64,000 nt of DNA from NCBI GenBank assembly GCA_043228905.1, contig JBHGNT010000017.1, positions 9,300,001 through 9,364,000 on the forward strand. The letters are read 5' to 3'. The translations under genes and the position numbers were made by a program. The notes beneath the pieces are model-generated. The model was not told the DNA's origin and made no database searches. It saw nothing but the letters and a program-made list of their open reading frames with translations. This document shows positions 61,512-64,000 of the stretch, piece after piece. This stretch comes from Azolla caroliniana. Its lineage: Eukaryota > Plantae > Polypodiophyta. Positions within the stretch are counted from its first letter, which is position 1. Every line of letters starts with the position of its first letter.

Positions 61512-64000
61512 ATGGAACAAGTTTTGAACGCAGTTGGAACGATCTCTCCAAATGAGACCTCTCAACCCCAATCCGCATCTCGCACACAAGCTGAGATCAC
61601 TATTGAGCAATTGCTCACTACTACCTTGAATCAATTGGCCGAAATGAGACAGGCCAATATGGCATTGGAAAAGAAATTCCAAGAATTAACTATTGAGTCC
61701 AAGAAAGAAGGTGAACCTTCCTTCGTAGTCACGCCTTTCAAGGGAGATAAGAAAGAAAGAACCGAGGAGGCCATTAGCACTTGGCTTGGTCGTTGGGAGT
61801 CTCACTTTGAGCTTCATCCCAAGCCCGATGCAGTAAAAATTGGTTATGTCGGTCGTGAGTTAGGTGGCCGAGCTGCTACTTGGTGGCGTGGCCTAAGGAC
61901 CGCAAAAAACTTACCCACAACTTGGGAAGGTTTCGTTGATGTTTTTAAGAAACAATTCTTGCAGCCACCTTCTCAAACCGAACAAGCGCAACACTTGCTC
62001 ACATTGTCTAGTAAGCCATTTACCTCTCTCGAGGATTATGTGCATCACGCTCGGACCCAGATCCAAAAATCGGGACTTACGGGTGAGAAATGGTTTGTCG
62101 CTTGTTTTTTGAATGGTATTCCCAATGGGGATTATCATTGGATTGTCCATGACAAGGACCCCACAACTTTCGAGGAAGCCGTCAACATTGTGCTGCAATA
62201 CCATAGGACTTCCAAGAAAGACCACAATAAACCTGAGTTCGCCAAAACTCCGAATGTCAAGTTCATTGGGAAACGTAAGCAATCCAGTGACACTCTTGAC
62301 CGCGACTCAAAGAAACCGAACCTCTTCTGTGCATATTGCAAGAAGCGGGGCCACACAAAGGATACCTGTCGTCGTCTTGAGAGGAAGTCAATGAACACCC
62401 CTCCTCAAGACAAATCTACGAGTCACACAGGTGAGTCTTTTGATATTGTTGAAGTTCATACCAATCACTTAAGTTTATGTGAATGCACTTTTCCTTCACA
62501 TTTACTTGGACCTAATGATTTACTCCGAGCAGTCGGATATATCAATGGAACACAAGCACATTTCTTGTTTGATTCCGGTAGTTCTCACAATTTTCTTAAT
62601 GATCACTTTGTGCAGCAAATGGAGCTCCACATAAACGCAAGTGATCATATCTATCAAGTTCACATGGCAAATGGAAACGTTCAATACATCAGTGGCATTG
62701 TTTGTCAACTGCCAATTCAAATAGATACTTATTTGGAGAAGCTTGACTTTCATGTTATGAAATTACAATCCGCAGATGTCATTTTAGGATATCCTTGGTT
62801 TTTTAATAAAAACCCTTCTTTGTCCATTGATTGGGTTAATCACTCAATCACATTTGAACTTAATAATTGTAAACATTTTATTCAATGTTCCAAACTTCCT
62901 TCTCATTCACTTGTGTCTTCTAAATCTTTAAGTGAGTATTCTAGTTCATTAATTTATTCGTGTGTAATTGATCCTGCGGTTCAATTTTATTATTTTAATA
63001 TTGATGCCACACAATTACCACATTTTGAGCAACGATTACTCGACTCTATTTTAGAGGATTTTCAAGATGTGTTTCCTACTGAATTACCGCTTACTTTACC
63101 ACCTAAACGTAATGTGGACCATCAAATTGAACTCATCCCTGGGGCTGCTCCTGTGAGCATTCCACCTTACCGACTTAGTCGATTAGAAGAGGATGAGATC
63201 GCTAAACAACTTAAGGAATACTTGAGTATGGGCCACATTAGGTATAGTAAATCACCTTGGGGTGCGCCAGTTCTATTAGTCAAGAAGAAGGAAGGTTCGT
63301 GGCGAATGTGTATCAATTATCGCCGTTTGAATAAAATGACAATTAAGAATGCATATCCATTACCTCGTGCCGATGATTTGATTGATCGTTTGCACGGGGC
63401 TCGATATTTTATGAAAATTGACTTACGAACTGGTTATCATCAGATTCGCATCGCCGAGGATGATATTCCTAAAACCGCTTTTCGTACGTGCTATGGCCAT
63501 TATGAGTTTTTAGTCATGCCGTTTGGGTTGACTAATGCTCCAGCCACATTCCAACAAGCGATGAATGATGTTTTCCGAGATCAACTCGGTGATTTTGTTG
63601 TCGTCTTCTTGGATGATATTTTGATATATAGCCGTACCTTGCAAGATCATGTTCAACATGTTCGATTTGTTTTGCGAAAGTTGCGTGACAACTCTTTCTA
63701 TGCAAAACATTCAAAATGTGACTTCTTCCAAAAATCTATTGTGTACCTAGGTCATTTAATTACAGAAAATGGCGTTGAAATTGAACCTTCTCGTATTGAA
63801 AAGGTTAAACTTTGGCCCATTCCTCGTAATATTCGTGAACTTAGATCATTCTTAGGGTTTGTTGGATTTTTACGAAAATCAATTCGTAACTATTCCAAAT
63901 TGACTACGCCATTAACTGACCTTTTAAAAGGTCATCCACGTAAGTCTGTCAAACCAATTTCATGGAATGAACAACTTGACAAATCATTTGAGACACTCAA
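61512..64000 (+). CDS. Gypsy gag-pol polyprotein, open to the window end (partial)
   Basis: ATG at 61512. Gag RAATWW..TWEGF; CAYCKKRGHTKDTC; protease LFDSGSSHNF; RT SPWGAPVLLVKKK, IDLRTGYHQIRI, MPFGLTNAPATFQ, FLDDILIYS. Absent from the ORF track, consistent with no stop before the edge. Confidence 0.88.
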   Translation, partial: MEQVLNAVGTISPNETSQPQSASRTQAEITIEQLLTTTLNQLAEMRQANMALEKKFQELTIESKKEGEPSFVVTPFKGDKKERTEEAISTWLGRWESHFELHPKPDAVKIGYVGRELGGRAATWWRGLRTAKNLPTTWEGFVDVFKKQFLQPPSQTEQAQHLLTLSSKPFTSLEDYVHHARTQIQKSGLTGEKWFVACFLNGIPNGDYHWIVHDKDPTTFEEAVNIVLQYHRTSKKDHNKPEFAKTPNVKFIGKRKQSSDTLDRDSKKPNLFCAYCKKRGHTKDTCRRLERKSMNTPPQDKSTSHTGESFDIVEVHTNHLSLCECTFPSHLLGPNDLLRAVGYINGTQAHFLFDSGSSHNFLNDHFVQQMELHINASDHIYQVHMANGNVQYISGIVCQLPIQIDTYLEKLDFHVMKLQSADVILGYPWFFNKNPSLSIDWVNHSITFELNNCKHFIQCSKLPSHSLVSSKSLSEYSSSLIYSCVIDPAVQFYYFNIDATQLPHFEQRLLDSILEDFQDVFPTELPLTLPPKRNVDHQIELIPGAAPVSIPPYRLSRLEEDEIAKQLKEYLSMGHIRYSKSPWGAPVLLVKKKEGSWRMCINYRRLNKMTIKNAYPLPRADDLIDRLHGARYFMKIDLRTGYHQIRIAEDDIPKTAFRTCYGHYEFLVMPFGLTNAPATFQQAMNDVFRDQLGDFVVVFLDDILIYSRTLQDHVQHVRFVLRKLRDNSFYAKHSKCDFFQKSIVYLGHLITENGVEIEPSRIEKVKLWPIPRNIRELRSFLGFVGFLRKSIRNYSKLTTPLTDLLKGHPRKSVKPISWNEQLDKSFETL

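Larger units (their letters stand above)
59285..64000 (+). mobile_element. Chromovirus-type Ty3/Gypsy element, runs off the window
   Basis: LTR 59285-59758 (TGTTATG...TTAACA); PBS-Met 59760-59771; ~1.7-kb leader; gag-pol. Confidence 0.85.

Overview
Eukaryotic, TE-dense nuclear DNA, most likely from a non-seed land plant such as a fern (inferred from TE families and intron style). The one intact host gene is an 18-exon mitochondrial D-lactate dehydrogenase (FAD/cytochrome c type) on the minus strand (18288-31138). The most notable locus is at 169-~6886. It is a DNA-transposon-like unit with a Sola/DUF7869-type transposase N-terminus facing one way. Facing the other way is a spliced gene fusing a ParB/Srx-like domain to a prokaryotic-type beta-class amino (N6-adenine/N4-cytosine) DNA methyltransferase. 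Between the two genes is a 51-bp-period array of 27-bp palindromes. This copy is pseudogenised. Other elements: a full-length L1 LINE (11-bp TSD) inside a decayed MULE; a TIR-bounded MULE (9-bp TSD, Ulp1-like cargo) inserted 90 bp upstream of the D-LDH ATG; RTE-type LINE relics; and a nested LTR cluster at 37.4-64 kb. The cluster comprises an old Copia hit by a near-intact young Copia, a solo LTR and a Tat-like Gypsy with an extra 3' ORF, followed by a second Tat-like fragment and an open chromovirus-type Gypsy running off the window. All coordinates were read by eye; no searches were run.
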